A DNA stretch of 63,688 nt from Bacteroidetes bacterium GWF2_49_14 (GTDB taxonomy: Bacteria; Bacteroidota; Bacteroidia; Bacteroidales; UBA12481), in NCBI GenBank assembly GCA_001769295.1, contig MEOR01000154.1, positions 1 to 63,688 on the forward strand, given 5' to 3'. The position numbers and the translations under genes were made by a program. The stretch's first letter is position 1. Each line of letters begins with the position of its first letter. This document shows, piece by piece, positions 1 through 9,202 of the stretch. Under the pieces are notes generated by a model, which saw nothing but the letters and a program-made list of their open reading frames with translations, ran no database searches and was not told the DNA's origin.

Positions 1-323
1 AGTCGCGCTTGCTCGGTCTTGCCGTTGTAATCGATCTTCCCGGAATAAATATGCAGGGTGTCGGCTTTGATAATATGAACCCTTGAAAATCCCTTGAAAT
101 GACTGTTGGCCTGATCAAGATAGGCACTGTCACAGGTTAGCAGCAGGTTTTTATGTTTCATCCAGACATTGCCGAGCAGCCTCTGGATTCCTTTTCCCAT
201 CGATTCGTCGTACTCGATGATATCGGCGCTGAAATCGACTATCCGCGCCTCCTGCGACAGCCCGGTCCATAACGGGCAGAGCAGCAGGGCCGCAGCCAGG
301 ATGATCTTAGGCGAGCATCTCAT
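1..323 (-). CDS. Secreted OstA/LptA-like domain protein, N-terminal part only (gene runs off the left edge)
   Basis: Absent from the ORF track because it has no stop in the window. Reverse-strand ATG at 323-321 gives MRCSPKIILAAALLLCPLWTGLSQEARIVDFSADIIEYDESMGKGIQRLLGNVWMKHKNLLLTCDSAYLDQANSHFKGFSRVHIIKADTLHIYSGKIDYNGKTEQAR, open to position 1. It has a signal-like N-terminus followed by the alternating strand pattern typical of OstA_N/LptA proteins. The start overlaps the moxR stop by 17 nt. Confidence 0.5.
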   Translation of the reverse strand, partial: MRCSPKIILAAALLLCPLWTGLSQEARIVDFSADIIEYDESMGKGIQRLLGNVWMKHKNLLLTCDSAYLDQANSHFKGFSRVHIIKADTLHIYSGKIDYNGKTEQAR

Positions 324-1263
324 GGATGATATCTTCCACCGAGATTCCGCGGGCTTCAGCTTTGTAATTCCTTATAATCCGATGCCTCAGGATGGCAGGC
401 GCAATGGCTCTTACATCTTCAATGTCAGGAGAATATTTGCCGTGCAGTACCGCATGTGTTTTTGCACCGACAATCAGGTATTGCGATGCACGCGGACCTG
501 CACCCCAAACCAGGAACTCCTTGGCCATCGGGTGTGCAAATTCGCTGGTGGCACGCGTTTTCGAGGCTAGCTTTACCGCAAATTCAATCACATTATGATT
601 GGCAGGGACTCGTCGGATCAGATCCTGGTATTTCAGGATCTCTTCCCGGCTGATCACCTGGTTAAGCCTAACCTCATTTTCCGAAGTGGTTCGCCGGACA
701 ATCGTGATCTCGTCTTCAAAAGCGGGATAATCAAGGAGAATATTAAACATGAACCGGTCGAGCTGAGCCTCTGGCAGGGGATAGGTTCCCTCTTGTTCGA
801 TCGGATTCTGGGTGGCCAGTACGAAGAAAGGATCCTGCAATGCATACCGGGTGCCGCCTGAGGTTACCGAATGCTCCTGCATGGCTTCCAGCAGGGCCGA
901 CTGTGTTTTGGGCGGGGTGCGGTTAATCTCATCAGCCAGGATCATGTGGGCAAACAAAGGGCCCTTAACAAATTTAAACTGCCGGTTGGAATCGAGAATC
1001 TCAGTCCCGATGATATCCGACGGCATAAGGTCGGGTGTAAACTGGATCCTCTTAAAATCCAATCCCAAAATCTGTGCAATCGTGGTAACCAATAGGGTTT
1101 TCGCCAACCCGGGAACCCCAACCAGCAGGCAATGACCCTTGCTGAAAATACTGATCAGAACCTCCCTGAGAACCTGATCCTGGCCAATAATCACCTTCTG
1201 GATTTCATTGAAAAATCGTTCGTACGAAACCTTTAAACTATCGACAGCCTGTTTATCGTCCAT
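307..1263 (-). CDS. moxR: MoxR-family AAA+ ATPase
   Basis: 318 aa. Walker A GVPGLAKT, Walker B ILADEINR, and typical MoxR N-terminus (IIGQDQVLREVLISIFSKGHCLLVG) and C-terminal lid. Confidence 0.93.
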   Translation of the reverse strand: MDDKQAVDSLKVSYERFFNEIQKVIIGQDQVLREVLISIFSKGHCLLVGVPGLAKTLLVTTIAQILGLDFKRIQFTPDLMPSDIIGTEILDSNRQFKFVKGPLFAHMILADEINRTPPKTQSALLEAMQEHSVTSGGTRYALQDPFFVLATQNPIEQEGTYPLPEAQLDRFMFNILLDYPAFEDEITIVRRTTSENEVRLNQVISREEILKYQDLIRRVPANHNVIEFAVKLASKTRATSEFAHPMAKEFLVWGAGPRASQYLIVGAKTHAVLHGKYSPDIEDVRAIAPAILRHRIIRNYKAEARGISVEDIIHEMLA

Positions 1264-1287
1264 GATAATCGTTTAATGTTAACCGGG

Positions 1288-1346
1288 CGCACGCCGCGCG
1301 CACACCGTGCGCACACCGTGCGCAAACCGGGCGCACGCCGTGCGCC
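1288..1346. repeat. GC-rich tandem repeat, about 5.5 copies of an 11-bp unit (CGCACNCCGTG)
   Basis: Read directly: CGCACGCCGCG CGCACACCGTG CGCACACCGTG CGCAAACCGGG CGCACGCCGTG CGCCCC. It fills the gap between the SurA-like stop (1348) and the moxR start (1263). Confidence 0.85.
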
Positions 1347-1347
1347 C

Positions 1348-2772
1348 CTACTTCACCCATCCTTTTCGCTCAAAATCACAATTCCTGAAATCCGGATTGA
1401 TCAGTATATACATGCTCTTCTGCTTCTTTTCGATCCAGTCATTCAGAACGTCCTGCCTTCGTTGATTCAGCGCAAGCGACTGTAAATAAGGGTAATCCAG
1501 CTTCAGGTCAGCCTTATGAGCCGGACGTCTGGATTTTATCGAAATAATTTTGAATACGGGTTTGTTATTGGCATCCCGGGTCTCAAAAATCTGAGAGATC
1601 TCACCAACCTTAAGGTTCCGGATGGCATCCATAACTTCGCGGGACAATTCCTGCGGCTCAAACCAGGTGGTATTACGGTTCTGTGAAGCAGGATTCTGCG
1701 GATCGCCATTGTTTAACAGAAGTCCGCCATTGCTCCGCGTATCTTTCTCTTCGGAATAACGCTGTGCTGCTGCCTCAAACGTAATTTTCCCTTCGCGGAT
1801 GGCCGTGGATATGCTGTCAAGACGGCCGCGGATTGCGGCTTTTTCTTCGATGGAGGGCTTGGGTGTCATCAGGATATGGCGTACATTGATGAGGTCTCCG
1901 CGTCGCTCAATCAGCTGAATGATGTGATAGCCAAAATCGGTTTTAACGACACGTGATACATCATTCCCCTTCAGGTTAAAGGCTACTGCTGCAAACTCGG
2001 GCGCCAGTGTGCTCCGGGGCTGAAAATCTATGACACCGCCGGAACCGGCTGAAGCCTCATCCTCTGAATAAAGGACTGCCAGCGTTGTGAAACTCTCACC
2101 CTTGAGAATACGCTCCCGGAATTCATTGAGCCGGTTTTGTATGCGGGTTATCTCGGATTCAGAAACGGAAGGCTTTAACACGATTTCGCGGATTTCAAGA
2201 GTCTCGGGTCTCAAAGGAACCTGGTTGGAAGGCATATTCTTGTAGAACTTCTGCACTTCCGACGGCGTAACTTCAATCCCTTTGGTTATCTCGTCACTCA
2301 TCCGCCTCGAAATCATGTTTTCTTTCTGCGGTTTGAAGAGGTCCTGTTTGATCTCAAGGATCGTTTTTTTGAAATAGTTTGCCAAATTCTCTTCTGAACC
2401 TAGCTCATAAATATAGTTTTGAAGTTTATTTTCGACCTCTCGCTGAGCCTCATCGTCGGTAACCATGATACTGTCGATCTCCGCCTGGCTCAAAAGGAGT
2501 TTGTTAACCAGCAGGGATTCCAGGAAGTAGCACCTGGGATCGCCGGCGAGTCCCATAATTTCTGTCCGGAATTGAATCATCTGGTTTTCAATGTCAGATT
2601 GAAGGATCGGATATTTTCCGACTACTGCGATCACCCGGTCAATGATCACCGGATCTTTTTGCCCAACCACCTGGGCATTTAAGGACAACGATGCCGGCAG
2701 AACAAGCATCATCAGTACAAATGGAAAAAGCAGCCGTCCGGCTGCCCTGGTAAACGCTTGCTCAGTTTTCAT
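1348..2772 (-). CDS. SurA-like periplasmic chaperone / parvulin-type peptidyl-prolyl isomerase
   Basis: The track ORF is 1348..2805. The likely start is ATG at 2772 (MKTEQAFTRAAGRLLFPFVLMMLVLPASLSLNAQ signal peptide). It has a SurA N-terminal-like helical region and a parvulin core (DFGYHIIQLIERRGDLINVRHIL). Confidence 0.85.
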   Translation of the reverse strand: MKTEQAFTRAAGRLLFPFVLMMLVLPASLSLNAQVVGQKDPVIIDRVIAVVGKYPILQSDIENQMIQFRTEIMGLAGDPRCYFLESLLVNKLLLSQAEIDSIMVTDDEAQREVENKLQNYIYELGSEENLANYFKKTILEIKQDLFKPQKENMISRRMSDEITKGIEVTPSEVQKFYKNMPSNQVPLRPETLEIREIVLKPSVSESEITRIQNRLNEFRERILKGESFTTLAVLYSEDEASAGSGGVIDFQPRSTLAPEFAAVAFNLKGNDVSRVVKTDFGYHIIQLIERRGDLINVRHILMTPKPSIEEKAAIRGRLDSISTAIREGKITFEAAAQRYSEEKDTRSNGGLLLNNGDPQNPASQNRNTTWFEPQELSREVMDAIRNLKVGEISQIFETRDANNKPVFKIISIKSRRPAHKADLKLDYPYLQSLALNQRRQDVLNDWIEKKQKSMYILINPDFRNCDFERKGWVK

Positions 2773-3613
2773 AAACCTCAACTTCGTTGTGTATAACAGA
2801 TTCATTGTAAATGGATTCCTCCAGTTCCTGAAGGAATTTAATCTTTCTTTTGTTCAGAAGAATATCGATGATCTCGTGCCTCACATACTCGGGAGGGCCG
2901 ACCTCACCGGGAAGCTTGAAATCAATAATTCTGACAAAATGGAAATAACGGTCATCCTCAGCCTCAAGATATTTGTACTGCTGGAGGAATTGCTTCGGGT
3001 CGTCAACATTGCCCGGGATCTTCTGCATCAGTGAATTAAAGGACAGCCAGCTCTCCTCAAATGATTCCGTGTATTCCGCCTGCTGGGCCCCGAGGTCAAC
3101 AAGGCGCTTGTATGCCAGTTCTCCGGTTGAATGTGCCAGATCCTTGAACTCCCGCAGGCGGCTTGATGATCTCGGAATCCGGAAATAAACCCCTTTGACG
3201 ATCGGCACCTGCAAAAGGAAATTCTGCCGGTATTGATTGTAGTACCCCGAGATCTCAGACTCTGAAACCACCGTGTCAAGCTTCTGGGCTACCATCAGCT
3301 TTTCATACTCGTAAATTAGCAGGGAGGTCCGATACTCTTCGATCTTCTGCACCAGGTCGCGCTGGGCCATGGTAAGGTTGAATTCAGCCTTATTGACCAC
3401 CGCTTTTCTTTTAAGCCATAGTTCGATGTGTGACTTAACCAGTGTGGCGCTGTCTTCGGGACTCATCCCCTCTGTCAGGAGTCCGGTAACATCACTGGGA
3501 TACAGGTAATTATTATACGCCCTTGCAATCGGCTTCTCATCATTCCTCCGATGTCCGTTATTACAGGAAACAACCAACAGGATCAGGAGTATGATTAAAG
3601 AGCCGTTGTGCAT
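2762..3613 (-). CDS. Lipoprotein, SurA/PpiD N-terminal-like chaperone domain without an obvious PPIase core
   Basis: The track ORF is 2762..3643. The likely start is ATG at 3613 (MHNGSLIILLILLVVSCNN, lipobox VVSC). It is helical and sits between two parvulin genes. Confidence 0.7.
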   Translation of the reverse strand: MHNGSLIILLILLVVSCNNGHRRNDEKPIARAYNNYLYPSDVTGLLTEGMSPEDSATLVKSHIELWLKRKAVVNKAEFNLTMAQRDLVQKIEEYRTSLLIYEYEKLMVAQKLDTVVSESEISGYYNQYRQNFLLQVPIVKGVYFRIPRSSSRLREFKDLAHSTGELAYKRLVDLGAQQAEYTESFEESWLSFNSLMQKIPGNVDDPKQFLQQYKYLEAEDDRYFHFVRIIDFKLPGEVGPPEYVRHEIIDILLNKRKIKFLQELEESIYNESVIHNEVEVYEN

Positions 3614-3617
3614 CGGA

Positions 3618-5606
3618 TCAGATTTTGATCTTTGAAAGAACATCCTGATTTACTTTAACCGGAAACTTCTGCCGCAGTGACTTAACCCATTCCTTTTCCA
3701 GGTAATCCTGAAAATCTGCAGTGACCTGCCCCCGGTTATCTTCGAGCTTCTTGGACCTGGGCTCTACCACTTTATTGATCCAGACAAAAACCTTGGTATC
3801 CTGCTCACTGACTATTTCTGAAGCACCGGGTTTCCATTTGATCTGGTCAATGATCCAGCTGTCGCCTTTTGTATAAAGCTTGTCTTCGATCTCAAAGCTG
3901 TTACCGTTAAATTTTCCCGTAATTTCTCCGAGAATGTTCTGGATGGTGGTTCCATCGCATCCGCCTTTACACTTCTTCAACATGACGGAACGATACTCTT
4001 CAACCATTTTTTGGAGATTATTGGAGCCTTTGGCATAAATCATTACCGCGTCAAGTCGTTCCGGCCACATGTATTGGTTCTGGTGTGCGGCAAAATAGTC
4101 TTTCAAGCCGGTGGTATCCAGGGTTGCCTTCGACCAAACCATCCGGTCGGTAATTTCGAAGAGCAAATTGCCGTCGTGAAATTCCTGATAAAGGTCGCGG
4201 AACTCAGGGTACTTTCGGTCAAGCTGCAGTTCCTCATACTCAAGAATCTTTAATTTCGAGAATTCACCAAACTTTTCGTCAACGAATTCCGCGATAGTCC
4301 TGACGGTGCTTTCACGCTGATTCAAGGCCAGGAATTTTGCAAAGTCATTCTGCCGGACGGTGAGGTTGCTGAGTGTGAAAAGTACTCCCGTTTTTTGCAG
4401 TGAAGGGTTTGGATCCCAACGGCCTTCGAAAACGGACGGATCCACCAGCCGGTAAAACTCCTCCAGGTTAGCCTGATTCAGGTTGTAGGTATACTCTTTT
4501 TTTAGTTTGGCCACAACAGCCTGCTCGCTCTTCATTGCCCGGTCCGGGCTGCGGTTTATTTTCTGATAGAGTCCGTTGCGGGCCTCTTCAAAGGTCTCGG
4601 GTGGTTTTTTGTCGAGCAACCGGATAATGAACCAGCCCAGTGAAGTTTCCACCGGTTCGGTCAGATCACCTGGATTTTTCAGAGCATATGCTGCTTCATC
4701 AAAAGCGGGCTCCCTTTCCCTGGGTCCGATCCAGAAACCTGCATCACCCTTGACAGCCATGGTCCGATCATCAGAATATTTACGGGCAAGCTCCCCAAAG
4801 TCGGCTCCGGTGCGGAGCTGGATATAGATATTTTGGATTTCCTCCTTGATCTTGGCTTTTTCTTCGTCGGTTGTAGTATAATTAACAGACTTCCAGATGG
4901 TTGCGATCTGAAGTTTGCCTTTTGAAGGCTGTTTGTCAGTTACTTTGATCAGGTGGTAGCCGAACTGGGTCCTCACAGGCATTGAGATTTCACCTGGCTT
5001 TTGGGTAAAAACAGCGGTTTCAAACGGATAAACCACCTGAAGCACCGGGAAATACCCAATATCTCCGCCGTTGGTTGCTGCAGAGACATCATCACTCACT
5101 TCCCTGGCAACTGCCTCAAAAGATTCTCCCTTAACCAGCCGGTCGCGGATTGCCATTGTTTTTCTATAGGCCAGCAACGTGTCGGCCGCCGGGGCATCCA
5201 TTTTGATACCAACCAGGATGTGGCTGGCCCGGACCTCAAATTTTCCTCTTTCATAGGCTTCCCTTACAAGATCTTCGGTAATCTGCTTATCCAGCAGATA
5301 GGGTTTTGCCAATTGGGACCTTTGTGTTGCCAGTTCTTTTTTAAACTGTGCAGAGGTGTCCAGTCCCTGTGATTCTGCTTCCCGCACCTTCAGTTTAAAG
5401 TTGGTGAAAAGCTCAAAGGATTCCTTAAGGTCCGTTTTCTGGCTTGCCAGATTGGATTTGTTTTTGTTCAGAATCCTTACAAATTCGGAGGCATAAACCG
5501 GTTTGTCGCCGATGGTCATGAGCACAGCTTCCTGGTTTTGGGCCTGAACCCCTGTGAATACGCCTAAGGCAGTTATTGCTATCGAAAATAAAACACCTTG
5601 CTTCAT
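3618..5606 (-). CDS. PpiD/SurA-like peptidyl-prolyl isomerase with parvulin domains
   Basis: 662 aa with signal peptide MKQGVLFSIAITALGVFTGVQAQ. Two parvulin-like cores (RASHILVG...QFGYHLIKV and SLGWFIIRLLDK). Confidence 0.85.
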   Translation of the reverse strand: MKQGVLFSIAITALGVFTGVQAQNQEAVLMTIGDKPVYASEFVRILNKNKSNLASQKTDLKESFELFTNFKLKVREAESQGLDTSAQFKKELATQRSQLAKPYLLDKQITEDLVREAYERGKFEVRASHILVGIKMDAPAADTLLAYRKTMAIRDRLVKGESFEAVAREVSDDVSAATNGGDIGYFPVLQVVYPFETAVFTQKPGEISMPVRTQFGYHLIKVTDKQPSKGKLQIATIWKSVNYTTTDEEKAKIKEEIQNIYIQLRTGADFGELARKYSDDRTMAVKGDAGFWIGPREREPAFDEAAYALKNPGDLTEPVETSLGWFIIRLLDKKPPETFEEARNGLYQKINRSPDRAMKSEQAVVAKLKKEYTYNLNQANLEEFYRLVDPSVFEGRWDPNPSLQKTGVLFTLSNLTVRQNDFAKFLALNQRESTVRTIAEFVDEKFGEFSKLKILEYEELQLDRKYPEFRDLYQEFHDGNLLFEITDRMVWSKATLDTTGLKDYFAAHQNQYMWPERLDAVMIYAKGSNNLQKMVEEYRSVMLKKCKGGCDGTTIQNILGEITGKFNGNSFEIEDKLYTKGDSWIIDQIKWKPGASEIVSEQDTKVFVWINKVVEPRSKKLEDNRGQVTADFQDYLEKEWVKSLRQKFPVKVNQDVLSKIKI

Positions 5607-5671
5607 AGTAAGTATATGGTTAATTATTGAACCTGGATAAAACGAATGAGAATCCGATTTGGTATTGAAAA

Positions 5672-7147
5672 CTACCCCTCCCTTGAATAATTCGGTGACT
5701 CGCGGGTGATGGTGACATCGTGCGGATGGCTTTCAATCATGCCGCTGGTGGTTATCCTGACAAACCGTGCCTGCTGCAGCTCCCTGATGTTTGTGGCTCC
5801 GCAATAGCCCATACCTGCCCGGAGCCCCCCAACCATCTGGTAAATAACCTCATTGAGCGATCCTTTGTAGGGAACGCGTGCTGCGATGCCTTCGGGAACA
5901 AGTTTCTGGATCTCATCTTCCATGTCCTGGAAATACCGGTCCTTTGAACCTTTTTGCATGGCCTCTATAGATCCCATGCCCCGGTAGGATTTGAACTTTC
6001 TTCCCTGGTAAATTATGGTTTCGCCTGGTGATTCTTCAGTTCCGGCAATCAGGGAGCCAGCCATGATCGAATCGGCACCTGCGGCAAGAGCTTTGACGAT
6101 GTCACCCGAATACCGGATTCCGCCATCGGCAATCACAGGAATGTCTTCGTTACGTAATGCTTTTGCTACCTCATAAATCGCTGAAAGCTGCGGAACACCG
6201 ACACCGGCAATCACCCGCGTGGTGCAGATGGATCCTGGCCCTATCCCGACCTTAACCCCTGAGGCACCTGCCCGTAGAAGGGCTTTTGCAGCCTCGCCCG
6301 TTCCAATATTCCCGGCAATAAATTCAATCTCCGGAAATCTGGCTTTTGATTTCTTCAGGGTTTCAATAACGCCGATGGAGTGCCCGTGAGCCGTATCGAT
6401 AACTATTGCATCAACACTTGCAGCAACCAGGGCGGAGACCCGGTCAAGCGTGTCAGGGGTGGTTCCGACTCCTGCAGCCACCCTCAGCCGGCCACGCTCA
6501 TCCTTGCACGCATTTGGCCGGTCTTTGGTGATGGTGAGATCTTTATATGTAAGAAGGCCTATAAGCCTGAAGTCCTTGTCAACCACCGGCAATTTTTCAA
6601 TCTTATTCTTTTGCAGAATATCCGCCGCCTTGTCGAGGTTTGCGGTTTCAGTAGTCGTTATCAGGTTGTCACACGTCATCACCTCACTGATCAGGCGGCT
6701 CTCATCACGCTCAAAACGCAGGTCCCGGTTAGTGACAATTCCGACAAGCTTGCGATTTTCGTTAATAACCGGAATCCCGCTGATCTTGTATTCGTTCATC
6801 AGGTGGTGTGCATCTCCAACCGTCTGGTTTGGACGAATGGTAACCGGATCCATGATCATCCCGTTTTCTGCCCTCTTAACTGATATCACCTGCCTGGCCT
6901 GGTCTTCAATCGACATATTCTTATGGATGACCCCGATACCTCCCTCGCGAGCGATGGCCAGAGCCATTGCAGCCTCCGTAACCGTGTCCATGGCTGCCGA
7001 TACAATGGGAGTATTTAAAAGGATCTTTTGCGTGAACCGCGTGGTGACATCCACATTCCTGGGTATAACTTCTGAGTAAGAAGGAATTAACAGTACATCA
7101 TCGAAAGTGAGACCCTCGAAATCAACTTTATCTGCAAAGAATGACAT
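5672..7147 (-). CDS. guaB: IMP dehydrogenase
   Basis: 491 aa. Catalytic loop [11 protein letters not shown], a CBS pair in the middle, and [17 protein letters not shown]. Confidence 0.97.
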   Translation of the reverse strand: MSFFADKVDFEGLTFDDVLLIPSYSEVIPRNVDVTTRFTQKILLNTPIVSAAMDTVTEAAMALAIAREGGIGVIHKNMSIEDQARQVISVKRAENGMIMDPVTIRPNQTVGDAHHLMNEYKISGIPVINENRKLVGIVTNRDLRFERDESRLISEVMTCDNLITTTETANLDKAADILQKNKIEKLPVVDKDFRLIGLLTYKDLTITKDRPNACKDERGRLRVAAGVGTTPDTLDRVSALVAASVDAIVIDTAHGHSIGVIETLKKSKARFPEIEFIAGNIGTGEAAKALLRAGASGVKVGIGPGSICTTRVIAGVGVPQLSAIYEVAKALRNEDIPVIADGGIRYSGDIVKALAAGADSIMAGSLIAGTEESPGETIIYQGRKFKSYRGMGSIEAMQKGSKDRYFQDMEDEIQKLVPEGIAARVPYKGSLNEVIYQMVGGLRAGMGYCGATNIRELQQARFVRITTSGMIESHPHDVTITRESPNYSREG

Positions 7148-7163
7148 AATATTAGATTTTTTT

Positions 7164-7214
7164 GGGTAGATTTTATGGGGTAGATTTTACGGGTGATTTT
7201 ATGGGTGATTTTAT
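7164..7214. repeat. Four tandem copies of a 12-14 bp unit GGG(TA)GATTTTAY
   Basis: Read directly: GGGTAGATTTTAT GGGGTAGATTTTAC GGGTGATTTTAT GGGTGATTTTAT, in the guaB/recQ divergent region. Confidence 0.85.
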
Positions 7215-9166
7215 GTTCTGATAAATTTGCGCTAAATTACAAATTTCTCAGCGAATTGGAGACGTACCACAAAATACTGAGCGATTACTGGGGTTTCACG
7301 GAGTTTCGGCCCTTACAGGAGGAGATCATCAGGTCTGTGATGATGAACCATGATACGCTCGCCCTGATGCCTACCGGCGGTGGAAAATCACTCACTTTTC
7401 AGGTCCCCGCACTGGCGCGTGACGGTCTTTGCCTGGTAATAACCCCGTTGATCTCCCTGATGCAGGATCAGGTGGAGAATCTCAAAGCCCGGAAAATCAA
7501 GGCGGTAGCCATCCACTCCGGCCTTACCTCGTTTGAACTGGACATAGCCCTGGATAATTGCATTTACGGCGATTTCAAATTCCTCTATCTCTCCCCGGAG
7601 CGGCTGGGTACTGACCTGTTCCTGAAACGGATGGAGAGCATGAATATCAACCTGATAGCCGTTGATGAGGCACATTGCATATCCCAGTGGGGCTATGATT
7701 TCAGGCCGTCCTACCTGCAGATTGCAAATATCAGGAAACTGCTGCCGGATGTTCCGGTTCTGGCCGTGACTGCTACGGCAACGCCTACCGTGGCTGAGGA
7801 TATTCAGGAAAAGCTTCTTTTCAAAGAGAAAAACGCCATCCGCCAGTCATTCGAAAGAAAGAACCTTGTTTATCTTGTTCGAAAAACGGAAGACAAGAAC
7901 GCCTACATGCTGAAAATTTTGACCAAGCAGTCGGGCAGCGGAATCATTTATGTTAGAAATCGAAAGAAAACCAGGGAAATAGCAGAGTTTCTGCGGGCAA
8001 ACGGAATCCCGGCACTATTCTATCACGCCGGGCTGGATACCCGCGAGCGCAAACAGAAACAGGATGAATGGACCCGGAACAAGGTCCGGGTAATTGTGGC
8101 AACCAATGCTTTCGGCATGGGCATTGACAAGCCGGATGTACGAACCGTCATCCACGCCGATTTGCCTGATTCTCCCGAGGCTTATTTCCAGGAAGCAGGC
8201 CGGGCTGGCCGCGATGGCAAGAAAGCCTATGCGGTTCTCCTCTATCAGCCTGCTGATAAGCTGTCGCTGGAGAAAAGCCATAACGTAAGGTTTCCGGATG
8301 TGGAAACCATCCGGAGAATCTATCAGGCCCTGGGCAACTATTTCCAGGTTATTCCGGGATCGGGCAAGGGTCAGGTTTTTGATTTTGACCTGATGGATTT
8401 CTGCCAGAAATTCAGTTTTCATTCTCTCATTGCGTACCATGCCCTCAAACACCTTGAAAGATCGGGCTACATCGAACTGACAGAAGACATCGACCTCCCG
8501 GCCAGGGTTCATTTCCGGATCGACCGCGATGAATTGTATAAATTTCAGGTGGCAAACGACCGATACGATGCGGTAATTAAACTCATGCTTCGCGCCTATT
8601 CGGGCATGTTTTCCGATTTTGTAAAAATCGATGAACATAACCTGGCTGCCAAGGCCAAAGTGACTCCGGAACTGGTGATGAACGCCCTGTCATCCCTGAA
8701 TAACATGGGCGTTCTCTATTACCTGAAACCCAAAAAAACGCCCCATATCATATACACCGCCGAACGGCTCGACGACAAATCCCTGCTGTTCGGAAAAAGG
8801 GAGTACGAAGAACAGGAATCCATGGTCCGTATGCGGATGGAGACCATGATTCACTATGCAACCACGGCTTACCGCTGTCGTTCGCAGATGCTCCTGATGT
8901 ATTTTGGTGAAATGGATCCGTTCCCCTGCAAGCAATGCGATGTTTGCCTCGGGCCAGTTGAAGCGCGGCCTGGTTCGGCCGACAAGGTGCAGATTCAGCA
9001 GGAGATAAAAGCAATACTGGAAAAGGGACCGGTTGACATGCCCCGGCTTAACAGCCTGATTGGTCACGACCTGGCTCATATAACAGCGGTTCTTGATGAA
9101 TTGCTGGAATCCGGACGCGTCCGGATGCACGAAGGATTGCTGCAATGGATAATGGAAAACGAATAA
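7193..9166 (+). CDS. recQ: RecQ-family ATP-dependent DNA helicase
   Basis: Walker A MPTGGGKS, DEAH box VDEAHCISQWGYDFRPSY, and RecQ zinc-binding CRSQMLLMYFGE...CKQCDVC. The track start (GTG 7193) lies inside the tandem repeat. An in-frame TTG at 7256 (M-ETYHKILSDYWGFTEFRPLQEEII) fits the usual RecQ N-terminus better. Confidence 0.93.
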   Translation: MILWVILCSDKFALNYKFLSELETYHKILSDYWGFTEFRPLQEEIIRSVMMNHDTLALMPTGGGKSLTFQVPALARDGLCLVITPLISLMQDQVENLKARKIKAVAIHSGLTSFELDIALDNCIYGDFKFLYLSPERLGTDLFLKRMESMNINLIAVDEAHCISQWGYDFRPSYLQIANIRKLLPDVPVLAVTATATPTVAEDIQEKLLFKEKNAIRQSFERKNLVYLVRKTEDKNAYMLKILTKQSGSGIIYVRNRKKTREIAEFLRANGIPALFYHAGLDTRERKQKQDEWTRNKVRVIVATNAFGMGIDKPDVRTVIHADLPDSPEAYFQEAGRAGRDGKKAYAVLLYQPADKLSLEKSHNVRFPDVETIRRIYQALGNYFQVIPGSGKGQVFDFDLMDFCQKFSFHSLIAYHALKHLERSGYIELTEDIDLPARVHFRIDRDELYKFQVANDRYDAVIKLMLRAYSGMFSDFVKIDEHNLAAKAKVTPELVMNALSSLNNMGVLYYLKPKKTPHIIYTAERLDDKSLLFGKREYEEQESMVRMRMETMIHYATTAYRCRSQMLLMYFGEMDPFPCKQCDVCLGPVEARPGSADKVQIQQEIKAILEKGPVDMPRLNSLIGHDLAHITAVLDELLESGRVRMHEGLLQWIMENE

Positions 9167-9172
9167 AACGGA

Positions 9173-9180
9173 TATATTTG
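9173..9180 (+). promoter_or_regulatory. Candidate Bacteroidota sigma-A -7 box (TATATTTG, matches TAnnTTTG)
   Basis: Exact match to the TAnnTTTG consensus, 22 nt upstream of the exonuclease ATG (9203), in the 36-nt recQ-exonuclease gap. Confidence 0.35.
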
Positions 9181-9202
9181 AAACTCAAATTTCAGTTTAT
9201 CC

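Noticed and set aside
169-570. A 133-aa plus-strand ORF spanning the moxR 3' end and the OstA-like gene start.
   Set aside because: It is antisense to two minus-strand genes with good motif support and has no features of its own.
1276-1485. A 69-aa plus-strand ORF (MLTGRTPRAHRAHTVRKPGARRAP...).
   Set aside because: It is produced by reading through the 11-bp GC-rich tandem repeat and then antisense into the SurA-like gene. The repeat-encoded RAH/RKPGARR sequence is not credible protein.
7164-7214. Considered whether the tandem repeats here, at 1288-1346 and at 38015-38049 could be CRISPR arrays.
   Set aside because: The units are 7-14 bp and directly abutting, with no unique spacers. There are no cas genes in the window. 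They are microsatellite- or minisatellite-type arrays.
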